Source: Octopus vulgaris (taxonomy: Eukaryota). Taken from it: DNA of 64,000 bases. Within the stretch, counting starts at the first letter, position 1. Every line of letters starts with the position of its first letter. A program made the translations under genes and the position numbers. Below the pieces are notes generated by a model that was not told the DNA's origin, searched no databases, and was given only the letters and a program-made list of their open reading frames with translations. The stretch covers positions 97,278,001 through 97,342,000 of the forward strand of contig OX597824.1 of the NCBI GenBank assembly GCA_951406725.2, written 5' to 3'. Below are positions 1-13,480 of this stretch, piece after piece.

Positions 1-409
1 ATAATGATTCTTAAAATCAATTGCAAAACATGTTGATTATCGATTCTGGATATTTTATTTGGAAACTATTTGTCATAATAAAAAAGTTATCGACAAACAG
101 AAATAGAAACAGAGTGAATCTCTTCTTTTGAGAGAAGACAATAAAATCTTTAAAGAAATGGAGGAGCAGAAAGGAAGATTTCAACAACAACAGCAACAAC
201 AACAACAACAACAACCACAGCAATGACGAAAGCTGCAACAACAAGAAAAGCAGCAAAGTTGATAACAGCCAGATCAACATCGGCTTTAATAACCTCATCG
301 ATATCAGTAATAAAGACAAACACCACCGTTAACACAGGCTGCAACATCGAAAACACCGCAACCTACAATAACAAAAATATCGGTTTCGAATCTTGGCACG
401 AGGTCAGCA

Positions 410-1060
410 AATTTTCTGGGGTTGCCGGAGCATGTTGACTAAATCGACCCTAGATCTCAAACAGTTCTTATTCCGAAAGAATGTAAGGTAAAGTCGACTC
501 CGGATTTTTTGGACCGAGAAGATAAGGTCGGACGAAATGCGGCGAAGCATTTTTATCCGGTGTGCTACCGATTCTACTGGTTCACCGTCTTCGCAACAAC
601 GTTAGTATCGGTCTCTCATTGTAAGGCGGCGAGGAGCTGGCAGAAACATTAGAACGCCGGGCGAAATGCTTAGCGGTATTCCGTCCGTCTTTATGTTCTG
701 AGTTCAAATTCCGCGGAGTCGATTTGCTTTTCATCCTTTTGGGGTCGATAAATTAAGTTGTGTACTGAGCTCAATCTAGTCGACAAGCCCCCTCCACCAA
801 AATTTCGGGCCTTGCACCCAGAGTAGAAAAGAATATCGGTTTCACGTGTTCGTAGAAGGCCAGCAATTTTGAGGGAGGGGGAAGGAGGAGGGGAAAAATC
901 CACCCCGATACTCATCTGGTACTTATTCTATTAACTCTGGAAAGATGATATTTATGTTGACCCCGGAATGATGAAAGGTGAAGTCTACCTCGGCGGAATT
1001 TGAACTCAAAACATGATGACAGACGTGCCCGACGTGCTAATGGTTCTGCCAGCTCGCCAA
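410..1060. mobile_element. Cluster of three family-A tRNA-derived SINE copies (about 410-592 -, 625-838 +, 845-1060 -)
   Basis: GAGCTGGCAGAA...GAGTTCAAATTCC (A/B-box-like head) followed by TTTTCATCCTTTTGGGGTCGATAAATTAAG; the same family recurs more than 15 times in the window. Confidence 0.75.
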
Positions 1061-1340
1061 TTTAATGCAACAACAACTACATCAATAACACCAAAGACAA
1101 AAACAACACCCTGGACAAAAGAAACTTCGCCAACATCACCGTCTACAACAACAACAATCATTATAATAGTACAAAATATAAAACCCATCAACCTGCAACA
1201 GCATCATGAGGAAGCCTCAACGTATTTGCTCTATCTTCTAGAAATAGCAGCCAAATCTCCGTCGTCAAGTGGGCCCTAACCCACCATTTTTTTCGAAAAG
1301 ACACGTTGGGTAAATATTTGGGAGGAAAATAATATGTTAC

Positions 1341-1588
1341 CTTATAAGGAGAAACTACAGCAAATCGAATGAAGTTTTGGTTGACGGTTCTCTGCATACG
1401 GGAAAGGGTGGTTACGGTTGGAACAACTATGACCATAGGTCTCTGTTCGACCTGAGGCCGGATCGAACAACAGTGACTGTAGCAACAGCAACAACAGCCG
1501 TACAAGAATTCGGACCTGGAGATCTCCATTTCCAGCGACTTCGAAGGCCAACTCCCAGTGGTGTCGGGTGTCAATGAAAAGCCCTCGA
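1341..1588 (-). CDS. Possible downstream exon (tentative)
   Basis: Unique, GC-richer segment with acceptor-like TCTTGTTGTAG|TC and donor AAG|GTAACA. The frame is open and phase-1 compatible with the GPCR exon (VEGFSLTPDTTGSWPSKSLEMEISRSEFLYGCCCCCYSHCC...VVSPYK). No recognised homology. Confidence 0.2.
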
Positions 1589-1689
1589 CTACAACAAGAC
1601 GACCAAAGTTTTATTTTTCCAAGGTCTGGGGTCTCCCGCCCCTAAGCCCTAGACCATCACCTAATCACCCTTACCCGTCTTGTTGCTTA

Positions 1690-2080
1690 ACAACAACAGT
1701 AGCAACAACAACAACAACAACAAGAATAATAACCAAGAACTCCACTATCACCAGCGCCACCACTACCACCAGCACCGCCGCTACCACCACCACCACCACA
1801 ACAATTACTATCACCCAAACCACCATCATCACCGCCGCTACCACCACCACCACCACAATTACCCTCACCCAAACCACCACCATCACCGCCGTTCCCACCA
1901 CACATAACAAGATCAACAGCACCAGTTGCACTTCTAGCAGTGACAATATCACCTCCACCGCCACCACTTAAAACAACAACACCAACAACAACAGTCATTA
2001 CACTACTGTCACTACGACGATTACTAACAACATCACCATTACCACCACTACTAACAACAACAACAACAGCAAAAACAAAC
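1690..2080. repeat. (CAA)n/(CAC)n trinucleotide low-complexity region
   Basis: Runs of aacaacaac and accaccacc; these produce the poly-T/H/V/G ORFs. Confidence 0.9.
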
Positions 2081-2520
2081 TGTTGTTGCAAGCCTTGAAT
2101 AGTCGTGCGTTCATTGACAAGAACACTCGTCGAAAAAGTAATTATTAAAATCGGTAAATTTGAGATAATTTAATATGAAGTAATTGTAATTACAAATATT
2201 TTTCTCAAGCAAACAAAACAAAACTACTTCCGACACCACTTCCCGCCAAATTTCTAAACCCCCCTCCCCTAAGAAACGAATGGGGAACAAAAGGAAACAT
2301 GGCTGAGAAAGAAATTTAATCACGTGATAATTAGGACTGTAAGAGAAGAGAAACAATCAAGTATAATGATATAAAGACAATTATTATTATTATTATTGTT
2401 TGGTTGGTTGGTTGTGGTGATTGGCTTCTCTCATTTAAAACCTTTTCTGAAATATTCATGCTCTGAGAGAATAGAACGTTGGGAGAACTGCAAGAATTAT
2501 TAACTGCCAAGTTGCATAGA

Positions 2521-2673
2521 GGCGCAGGCGTGGATGTGTGGTAAGTTGACTTCCGAAACGCATAGTTTCGGGTTCTCTGCCTGGTAACTTGGATAAGTTC
2601 ATTCTGTTATGGCCTCGAGCCGACTAATGCATTGTAAATGAATTTGCTAGACGGAAAATGAAAGAAGCCTGTC

Positions 2674-2733
<60 letters not shown>

Positions 2734-2736
2734 GTG

Positions 2737-2767
<31 letters not shown>

Positions 2768-2810
2768 CTTCACGACTGCTTGTCAAACGTTCTCGTAACT
2801 TAGCGATCCA
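2521..2810 (+). mobile_element. Family-B tRNA-derived SINE, diverged
   Basis: GGCGCAGGCGTGGATGTGTGGTAAG head, GCCTCGAGCCGACTAATGC...TAGACGGAAAATGAAAGAAGCCTGTCG, then internal (TA)n(TG)n, as in the copy at 43038. Confidence 0.75.
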
Positions 2811-3794
2811 GTCAATTCACCGCCCTTTGTATGAAGTTTAGCTATATTATGAGAGCCGTGTTTTTCTGTCCGTCAGTTACGCTTAACCTTTCATCAATGG
2901 GATTTTCAAATAATCTATGTCGGGAAACGATAAAACAAGCAGGGTATTTATTCAAATTTTCGTTGAATTCTCATACGTAGCACAAAGAAAAATAAGGTTT
3001 ACAATTTGCTTTTGGTCATTATTTCTCGCACATCAGCAGAACTTGGTCATTTCCCCCCTGAAATACAATTGTCAGTGTCATGATGGGAAAAGTTTAAGTC
3101 GACGAGAGAATAAGAAAAAAGTGAAAAGTAATCAAAAGGTGCGATGCTTTTATTAAAACCTTCAATTGGTAAAACAATACCATATACGGTTTTTACCGCT
3201 GTCTGAAAGTAGTTACTTTTGCATTTGCTAAACTATTTGACAAAAATCTTTAGCGAGTAAAATAGCAAATTCTGCTATATATTATTTTTCACCCAAATAT
3301 TTATCGATATACATCACTTGTGAAATTTAAATAAAAAAAAAATAATACAAATCATGAAAAGATTCCTTATCTTAAATATAAATAATTCGCACAAAGTTAT
3401 CATTAACCACTTTGTTTATGCATGAAGAAATTTTGTCTGAGAGATTTCACCGAAATGTTACATTAATTTAGTGAACAAAATTATGAAAAAGATATTCCCT
3501 TTGATGTTCGTTGTCTATTATAAGCGTATTATTGATATACACACGCATATATTCACAAGGGTATGAACTTTTATGTGGCTGGTCGACCTGCTAGAAAATA
3601 CGTCCAAGTATTCTGTATAACAGCCAGTAAGTCACAGTATAAGCATATAATGAGAAGTTTGATCAGGAATGCTGTTCATGGAGAAGTCGAAGAAGAGAAA
3701 TCGCAGTATATATGTGGTTCGATAAGAATATTTTTCTGTGGTGAATTGTAGTGAAAAATATAAGGAAAGTGCACAGAAACTTTATTTGGACAAA

Positions 3795-3831
<37 letters not shown>

Positions 3832-4312
3832 TATACAGTTCTAATTTTCTATTTGACCACCCGTTTATACAGACCGCCCGTTATTTCAGGAAATTCATTA
3901 TTAAATTCCTATAAAATGTATATGCCCACTATGGCCATATACATTTTATATGAATTATTTATATGTGTGTGTCTGTGTTTGTGTGTGTGTGTCTGTGAAA
4001 TAAAATATTTATATCGACGACCGGTTTCGCTTGTGCTAATTATGACTAAGAAATTAGTAAGTATGTAACAAATTCATGCTGCCATAAGAAGTTTTCGTTT
4101 CATGTTACTTGAAGGAAAGAAATTTTGTATATAAACACACATACATACATATATATATATACAAATATATATGTGTGTATGTGTGTGAGTGCGTGAGTGT
4201 GTAAATGAATGAATATATTAAAGTTCGTTTTTATGTTACAATAAGGCCATTCTAAAATTAAATCGATGGCTTATTCAATACATTTGGTAGCTTACAAATT
4301 AATTATTCTTTC

Positions 4313-4437
4313 ACATGAATAGTATTGACAGTGAATTCAAAGTTTCGGCCATCGAATTCATCATCAGTAATCCTCATTAGTGATCATTATCGGTGAGCTG
4401 GCCGAAACTTCGAAGTCACTGTTGATACGATTCATGT
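4313..4437. repeat. Imperfect inverted repeat made of two decayed hammerhead/PLE-LTR-like halves
   Basis: acatgaatagtattgacagtgaattcaaagtttcggcc pairs with ggccgaaacttcgaagtcactgttgatacgattcatgt. It contains CTGATGA on the minus strand and palindromic GAAACTTCGAAGTC on the plus strand. Confidence 0.6.
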
Positions 4438-5569
4438 TAAAAATGATATATATGAATATATTTATACATATCTATACATAAAGAGAGTTTGTTGTACTTC
4501 AAATAATTTTTTCAATATTTTTAAAATAAGCATTTTTAGTTAAACAGTATTAAAATATTATTTAGTAATCCTTCTCTAAGAAAGACAAACTAAATTTCAA
4601 TTATTTACTCAATTTAAAAAAAAATACGTAATATAACATTTATTTTTGTGAAAATGAAAAATAGAGGCAAAATTTTAATAAGTTTTTAATTCTTACTTTT
4701 TGTATCTGAATATGTTTTGTATTAAGGGTGGCCGTGTTTAAATGGGCAAACCGTTTGAATTATAATTTTATGATCTTACAGTCCGCAAAGTGACGAGTAT
4801 CGAATAAATATGTGATTAGGGTTTTAAATCATTATTTTATTTTTAAAAAAAGGTTATCTAGGGGAGATAATGCAAATATGCCAATGACATGAATTTTGAT
4901 TTTTCAGTTATAGGATGATGTGGTGAATGTTGTACTTATGGATTTCTTAATTGAAATTTCCATTTCAAAAGATCGAAAAGAATGCCCGGATGTAGTTGTT
5001 CTTTGAGTGTCGTTAATAATTTCCGGTAGATCCTGGTTTTGCTTCTACCATCAAAATAGAAATTTTAATTCGTTTAGAATGTTTTTACTTGCGGCACCCA
5101 ACGCATAATTAACGGGGATTGTTCCATAAATGCCACTTTTGTTGTTGTTGTTGTTGTTTTTGTTTAGCCCCCAAGTCCACGGCGAAGGAGTAAACTGATG
5201 AATTAATTAAAAGGGATTGCTGCTGTGATGAATGCGCTTTGGAACACTCTGAAATTCTTCAAAGTTCTCGAAGCAGTGCAACGCGAAGTTATTAGCGTTG
5301 TTTAACCCCAGGGTGATTCTGATGGAGGAGATCAATGATCAATATAAGGCATACCACTCATGACATTCTCAAATTTTCAAGTATAACATCAGCTGATACA
5401 GTGAAGATTTGGTTGCTATTTCTAGCTAGTTCAACCACCAGGTAGGGTTTCCTTATTAAATCAAGAGCATAAATGCTGCGGATTAAACTAACCCGGTACA
5501 TACTTCTAGCTCATACCTCCCCGAAGAGTAGGATTCAATAGCGATTTGAACTCATGGCGACGTAACTGG

Positions 5570-5715
5570 TCCTCCGTCGGCTACGATGATGAGCGTTCCT
5601 CTTTATCCGATCAACGAAACACTTATGTCCGGGAAACGAACGTGCAAGTGGGTGGACACTCCACAAACCCGCGTGCTCAGGGAGATTCAGCGTGAAATAG
5701 AATGTAACAAAGCTA
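5570..5715 (-). mobile_element. 3' fragment of family-C SINE
   Basis: Reverse-complement similarity to 41830-41990 (gattcagcgtga / tgacacgctgaat; ctccgtcggctacga / tcgtaagcgacggag). Confidence 0.55.
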
Positions 5716-6374
5716 GACTGGAGGAGTATGCATTTTGTAGCAGAAAAGCCAAAAACTGATCGAAAATCTGTTATTTTTATATGAATTTAAAGCCTTTAAA
5801 TTCTATGCTTTCTTTATATTTGGACTAATTACTCATTTGAAATTTTATTTCTTTTAATCGCCCTTTTGGTCACCATCTTACGTTTCACTTTAGAATTAAT
5901 ACTTTCGTTCCTTTTTCCGTTGTTTATGAGTAATGTGTAGAATGAGTTTACAGCATCTTACAGAAGGGATACAGTATTGAATTTGTCTATTTTGTTTTGT
6001 GCAGAATGGTTTAGTCGATCAAACAGCAGAATGCACGAAACTTTTTTTTCGGATATGTAATACCGTTTATCTTACATCATTCTTAAATTACGCTTTTTTC
6101 TCTGAAAATGTATGTATGATATCATACATATCTGTTGAATTAGGAAATATTAAATACACGTTGTTGGAGCAGAAAAAAAAACTTAATAGTCGTGCATAGA
6201 ATAGTTCGTGGATAATTTTATCAATCATCCCTGGCACGATACTAAAAAAAAAGTTTAGAAAAACAAACACAAAAAAAGGATAAAATAACAAAGATAACGA
6301 TGAAGAAGAGAATATGTCAACAGGTATACCAGTATGTTGTTAGAATTTGATGCTAAAATGACAAATAGACGTAC

Positions 6375-6749
6375 CTTGCTGTGTTGGTAGTGCCAAGTCT
6401 TTGTCAAAATTGACGGAGAGTGTCTTGGCTATCAGGCTGTAGGCAACCATCATCATCATTAACGGTAACAAGAAAAGTATAATATCCAAGAATATTTGAT
6501 AAACTTTTCCCAAAGTTTTGTCTGGCCAAATCTCGATGCAAAGTTTATTACCGTTTCGCATGGTTCGCAACCGTTGGAAAATGGCCACCGGAAGTGTGAA
6601 AAATAACGCCGACAACCATCCGCCCAGGATGATCTTGTAAGCATGGGATAAGGTCTGCCAGCGTCGAGATCGGAGCGGGTGACAAATCGCGAAATAGCGC
6701 TCCAGTGAGAGGGCGAGCAGGGTGAAAGAGTTCACAGCCACGATGGTTG
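6375..6749 (-). CDS. Internal exon (end of TM3 to start of ICL3) of a cholecystokinin/gastrin/sulfakinin-type class A GPCR
   Basis: Translation ATIVAVNSFTLLALSLERYFAICHPLRSRRWQTLSHAYKIILGGW...C...YQIFLDIILFLLPLMMMMVAYSLIAKTL closely resembles CCK receptors (SLERYxAICxPLxSRxWQTxSHAxKVI; FLIPxxxMxVAYxLI). Acceptor is TTCTCTATTCTCTTTGCAG|C at 6750/6749 and donor is CAAG|GTACGT at 6375/6374, phase 1-1. The His-rich N-terminus of ORF 6340..6867 is intronic read-through. Confidence 0.92.
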
Positions 6750-7584
6750 CTGCAAAGAGAATAGAGAAATGGTGATAATCATGATAGAGATAATGATGAT
6801 GATCGTAGTGGTGGTGATTATAAGAGACTGTAACAGGAATATATTGACTTATAAGCGTGTATGTCATTCATACTTTTTGTGCTTTGTATTCTTATGTTTA
6901 AAATGATCAACGCTAGACGGCGCTTTGGTAGCAGAAAAGTTAAAAGATGATGTCTATTTAGTTATGACTCCTTACTGTCAGAGTTCAAATCACGCCTGAG
7001 ATAAGAAATGTGGCTCTACCAGGAGACACTAGACAAAAGAGGGAGCACAATATTTCGACTCAGGACCAACCTTGCATTTCATGCTTAGTTTGCTGGAAAC
7101 ATAATTTTCTCCTCCAACAGAAGCACCATTGAAATGAAAGTTTTGCATTAAAACCACCGCCATCTTTACAAAAGAGCCAAACTGGATCTTTTCTTAAAAT
7201 GTGCTCTACACTTGTAAGCTTCCAGTGAGATGAATGAGATGATCGTCCAGTTACTCGCCAAACAGTTTCAACGTCTGCTGATAATCAACCCATAGAGAGT
7301 TCATCAGGTCTTTATAGATTTCATTAAGTCGAGCTGATGATATGCGCCTTGCATCAGTCACTGTTAAAATTAGGAGCCATATATCTACTCTAGTGTTTAG
7401 AAGAAGTGTCATTGGGCAATGGAGTTCGAAGTACACACCGCCTGAAAACAATTGATAAGTGTAGGGCTATAAAATCGGATTGTTACCTAACAGTCCGTTG
7501 TGTTGGATATATAATACTGTACACTCCGTATAATATACCCAGATATACAAGTGCATCTTTTTCCTGGCTTATGAACTTTGAGAC

Positions 7585-8290
7585 ATATATATATATATAT
7601 AAGTGCACATGTATATATATATGTATATATATATACATGTATATATATATACATATATATATACATATATATATACATGTATATATATATATATACATAT
7701 ATATATATGTATACATATATATGCATATATATATACGTATATATATATATATATGTGTATATATATACGTATACATATATATGTATATATATGTATGCAT
7801 ATATGTGTATATATATATAAATATGTATATATATATACATATATATATGCATATATGTGTATATAATTATATATATATATATATGTATACATATATATGC
7901 ATATATGTGTATATAATTATATATATATATATATGTATACATATATATGCATATATGTGTATATAATTATATATATATATGTATACATATATATGCATAT
8001 ATGTGTATATAATTATATATATATATATGTATACATATATATGCATATATGTGTATATAATTATATATATGTATACATATATATGCATATATATGTGTGT
8101 ATATATATATATATGTATACATATATATGCATATATGTGTATATATATATATGTATTATATATATGTATACATATATATGCATATATGTGTATATATATA
8201 TGTATATATATACATATATATGCATATATGTATGTATATATATATATGTATACATATATATGCATATATATACATACATATATACATACA
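7585..8290. repeat. TA-rich compound microsatellite with a higher-order unit of about 45 bp
   Basis: Repeated ...tatgtatacatatatatgcatatatgtgtatataatt... units. Confidence 0.9.
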
Positions 8291-8984
8291 TTTAAAGCTG
8301 TATATACATGCATAGGCACATACAAACATACATACACATATCTGTGTGTGTGTGTATAGGTTAGCGGGTTGGTAGATATGTAGGGTGGTAGCATATATTT
8401 ACAAGACCAACATAAATTGCAATAGAGGTGTCCGAGTTTTATTAGATCGCAATTTGTCAGACAATTAATCAAATCTTTAGAAATACGCAGATTTCCAATA
8501 TTTACATCTCGACTATGTTTCGCTCTGTTTGGTATCCAGTTGTAACTCACAGAATATGTAAATATTGAATATTATTTCATCTCTAATGATGTGGGTAATT
8601 TGGCGAATGATTTTCATCTAATTAAATATAACTCAATGCAGCCATTTAAATATATTATTCCTAATTGCTCTTTGGCGTAAAATTATATAAACAAGACTTA
8701 AGTATAAAGAGATAGAAATATATTTCAATGAAACAATAATAATAATAACAAATACCTCGTGAATGTTTCTGTTGAAAACATGACCCGTAAAATTTTGGGG
8801 AGGGGTTTAATAATGGTTTTATATCTAAATATGGAAATATTGAACAGAAAATGATAAAAGAACGTTCCGATTTTGAACCAGAAAGTAGGATTACTCGTGG
8901 CTTATAAAACTATGAGTTCTCTGAAAGACCGGCTCATTGCACCAAAGAAACACTACCTCTGTGCTCACTGGATTCTTAGCTCAC

Positions 8985-9150
8985 TGAACCATTAGATTAG
9001 TGAAACGCTGGATCAACAAAACACCAGCTTAGTGAGATACTGGTTCAATGAAACACCGGCTCACCGGAACATTGGCTTACTGAAGCACTGCCTCCGTGGT
9101 TCACAAAACCAACAGCTTACTGAAAATCAAGCTTACTGAGACACAGGTTC
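8985..9150 (+). repeat. Degenerate 16-bp minisatellite, consensus approximately ACYGGCTYACTGAAAC
   Basis: Consecutive units accagcttagtgagat / actggttcaatgaaac / accggctcaccggaac / attggcttactgaagc. Confidence 0.65.
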
Positions 9151-11059
9151 TGTGAAAGAGCTACCAATTCATAGCCAGACGATGCACCGTCTTCGTCAAT
9201 TACTGATCTTGTACAAGTTTTAAAAAATGTTCATGGATATGGAACGGTCTTCTTTGTTTACTTGTATCATTCTCTCTCTCTCTCCTCCTTTCTCTCTCTC
9301 TCATAAACATTCGGCCCAGAGTTTGTGGTTTGAAGAGAAGTTTCTGCGGTCCTCCTATCCTATAAGTCTGAGAGACTGATTGTCCCTTTTGTAAAAGACA
9401 ATGATTAAAAACGAAATAATAGCTCTCAAAAACGTTCGCTTCTTTCATTTGATTTCTGTCGTTGCTATAATGGATTCTTTCCCACTGTGAATCAACTCCA
9501 CCCTGGAACAACTGGTGCAAAATCTCTGCCTCTCTTTATATCCACAACTGCTTACTCAAATTCTCTTAATCCTTCATTCCCGGCGGAATTCTTCCTATGT
9601 CAACAATCGTTTCTATAAGCTCCGACCGACAAAATTTCAGGTTGACCCTCAATACGTCATCTTCGATAGTGGGACCTCGACGTGGTTGCTCGATGAAAAT
9701 TTAAATGACAGTAATATCTCTATGCGACTCATTGTCCTGCCTCTCTAATATCAAGAATATTATAATACAGTAATCGCGGATAGACATCACAAGGAATATA
9801 ATAAACAATACGAGTTAAACAACAACATAGAAAGAAGATCCTACAATTCCGTGTGGGGTAGGTTTCTGCTGCAAGCATTGGCAGCACTCTAAAACTGAAG
9901 AGTGTTTCATTGATTTGTAGAGGTAAATCTCTAGTCTTATGAAGAAGCTTACGATAATGCGAAGTGGTCTTGCTACAAACCCATTGTTTTGAGAGCCCCA
10001 TACACAGCCGTACGTGTAGCCCCTTCCATTCGTGTATACCTTTCCCTCTAAAGGTATCCTTGCGCAGTGTTTAAAGCGTCAGCTGGAATGTTTCACAATC
10101 ATTTGTTTCAAGACTCCCTGATTTGAGTTCGAATCCTGCTGCAAGTTTCATCTGTGCCATAAATTAACAGCTCAGAATAGTGGATTGGTAGAATTGTGAG
10201 AGCAGCAGACGAGATGCTTTAAATGCGTCGGTCTCCGTTGTTTGACGTTCGCTCACTGCTCGTGCGCTAACTGAAGCTGTCAAGGCTGACTCCGGCATTT
10301 CTCTACAAACGGACAGACACCTCGTCGTCTCATCACTTTTATAGAGACAATAAGGACAAAGAATTCTTTTCTACTCTTGGCACAAGGTCCGAAAATTTGG
10401 TGGGAGGGGACGAGTAGATTAGATCGAACCCAGTACGCAACTGGTACTTAATTTAGACGAAACCCCGCTGAGCATTTCGCCCGGCGCGCTAACGATTCTG
10501 CCAGCTCACTGCCTTACAAAAAGGACCAATTATTAAGAGGCAAAACCCTAGATGCAAATGAAATTCTGTCGTAAAGTGTCCCAGGGATGCAGTTGATGAT
10601 GATGATGATGATGATGATGATGCTACAGTCGATGTTCCAGTAATTGTTACTATAGTCGCTGCTGCTACGGTTGTTGTTGAGATGCAATAGTAACACTGGT
10701 ATTGTTGCTTACATTGTCCGTCGCTTCTGTTGTTCTTGTTGTTGTCCTAATCTAACGTGCGCCATCTTACATTTTCCATCTTTGTAATTAACTGTTTAAA
10801 TCATCATCATCATCGTCGTCGTCATTAAACACCTTATGTTCTATTTCCATTTCACTTTGTTGTTATTGTTTCCATCATAGTCGTTGCCATAGTTACGTTG
10901 TTGTTGTTGTTTTTATTGTTGCTTTTCTATTATTTTCCCTATTAGTCCTTTGTGGCTTCACAGAAATTCTGCACACGCGTTTCTTTATTCATGTATGTGT
11001 GTGTGCGAGTGTGTGTCTGTCGGTGTGCCTGTGTATGTGCGTGGCTATATCAATATGTG

Positions 11060-11463
11060 ACTATAATTATATATATATATATACACATATACATAAAAGT
11101 GTGTATGTATCGTGTGCGTGGCTACATAAATATATACATAAATATATATACACACACACACACACATATATATATATACAAATATATATATATACATAAA
11201 TATATATATACATACACACACACACATATATATATATACGCACGCATTTATATATATACACACACACATATATATATACATATATATATACACACACACA
11301 TATATATATACATATATATATATACACACATATATATACATATATATATATGCACACACATATATATACATATATATATATGCACACATATATATACATA
11401 TATATATATATACACACACACACATATATATACATATATATATATATACACATATATTTATAG

Positions 11464-11510
<47 letters not shown>

Positions 11511-11533
11511 TATATACATACACACATATATAT

Positions 11534-11571
<38 letters not shown>

Positions 11572-11854
11572 TATATATACATATATTTATATATATGTAC
11601 ATATTTATATATATACATATATTTATATATGTATATATATATACATATATGTATATATATATACACACACACACGTATATATGTATGTAGGTATGTGTAT
11701 ATATATAACTATGTATGCATAGAGGCATGTAGGTTGGTGTGTATGTGTGTATATATATATATATATGTGTGTGTGTATTTATTTTTGTATATGCCTACAT
11801 AATGCATGCAAACATCTGTGTGCATATGTGTGTCTGTATGTAGCGTGTTACATT

Positions 11855-11885
<31 letters not shown>

Positions 11886-12144
11886 TCCCACACACTCGCG
11901 CGTATTCTGACACATGTCTATACATAAAAGAACGTGTTTCAAATATTGTTCTCGTATAAAACAAGGGGGATGGGTGGGGGCTACCGAAGCCTGTAACTTT
12001 TCCAACTCTGCCCTACTATTGAGAGGGGGAGGGGATAACTGCGCATGCGTATGTTTGTATCGACGTTTGTCTTTATTTATTTTCTATCTTTGTATCCATG
12101 TGTTTATATATGAATATTTGTGAACGTGTATATATGTATGTATG

Positions 12145-12181
<37 letters not shown>

Positions 12182-12325
12182 TTGTGTGTGTGCATGTATA
12201 TGTTTATGTATGCGTTATGTCTGTTCATGTATACATACTACGTATATATGTATGCTTGTGTGTATACATATGAATGTATGTAGATATGTATGTATGTAAG
12301 TATGTATGTGTGTGTGTGTGTGTGT
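11060..12325. repeat. (TA)n/(CA)n/(TG)n compound microsatellite field
   Basis: Direct inspection. Confidence 0.9.
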
Positions 12326-12580
12326 CAATGATTATAACGACTCTGTTTCTATCATGATTCTGCGATACCAAACCTGAAGATATTAAAAGTACAAATGATA
12401 TTTGTTATTTCACTTCTAAGTCTTATGACTAATTATTGTTGTTGATGTGGTTGTCGTAGATGTTCTTCTAGTTTACTTTCATCATCCAATTCCTATCAGT
12501 GAGGAAAACCCAACAATGCCGCTCTACAAATCATCTTCCTCATCTGCATTTGACAATATCAATTTCTATTATATGGCTGA

Positions 12581-13480
12581 TACGAGGGTAAGTTAAATAT
12601 ATATTGCTCACTTGTTTGTGTAATTTATTAGAACAAAATCTGTTGGTTGAACAACATCATTTTCCGACTGAATCTCCTTGATTTTCCATGCACTTCTTCC
12701 GGCAGTTCACAAGATTGATTATTTCCTCGGAGACGGCTTTTCGTCTTCTCGCGTCGCCATTTATACACCGCTTCATGCGCTGCTTCTTCCGTAGCAAATC
12801 GACAATCTCGTAAAGTATGTTTGAGTGACCTGAAGAGGGCATAATCAGAAGGGGCGAGATATGGACTGTATTTGGACTGCAACTCGCAATCCAATTTTGA
12901 ATGGTTTCATTCAGGGTGGTCGTATTTGGGTGTGTAGTCTTGTGCAACAATAACGCTTGATTTGACAACAGACCTCGATATTTCGTGAGAATTGTTATTT
13001 TCAGTTTGTTGGCCAGCATTTCTCTGTAGCCTACACTACTGACTTAGACCCATTTTACAAATAATATTCCGGAATAGGCTATTTTGCATTCTCAAAAAAC
13101 GCTTAGCATCCTTTTTCTGCAGAAGGTTGTGACTTCAATTTTGTTTTCACTGGCAATTCCGGGTATTTTCACTCCATACACTGTCTTTTGAATTTTGGCT
13201 GAAAGCGGTTGAATAGGCGTTGACAAGGCACTACACATTTGTGTTTATACGATTCGGTAAGCTTTCTTGGAACCCATCTCGCACAGGCTTTATGGAAGTG
13301 AAGCTGCTCGTGGATAACTTCGCATGCAGAACCATGATGCATTTGCACTGAGAATATTTTACTTCATCGATGGCCACACGTCGGTTCGCTAGGACCACCT
13401 TTCGAGCTTATTGAATTTTCACGTCAGCAGTTGTGGTCATGCACGGCTTTACGTCCTCACATTAAGAAGTGGTGTCAGTG
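12581..13480 (-). mobile_element. Decayed mariner DNA transposon (transposase pseudogene)
   Basis: Minus-strand CARWVPRKLT near 13260-13285 (WVPHEL motif) and YSPYLAPSDYALFRSLK (YSPDLAPxD motif), with frameshifts and stops. A TIR-like TACGAGGGT start lies at 12581. Confidence 0.88.

Noticed and set aside
1342-1551. Signal-peptide-like ORF (RILVRLLLLLLQSLL)
   Set aside because: No ATG start in that frame before the Leu run, which comes from a (TGY)n repeat.
17-2091. Poly-Thr/His/Val/Gly/Leu ORFs that look mucin-like or membrane-like
   Set aside because: They derive from CAA/CAC trinucleotide repeats open in several frames on both strands.
4010-4035. Half hammerhead GAAACCGGTC on the minus strand (similar halves near 21610 and 44690)
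   Set aside because: No matching CUGANGA box or stem I found.
7080-7450. Possible Tc1 transposase remnant
   Set aside because: Only weak, frameshifted motif resemblance; no catalytic motif or TIR that I can support.
8985-9150. CRISPR array
   Set aside because: Units are contiguous and degenerate with no unique spacers, in eukaryotic DNA with no cas genes.
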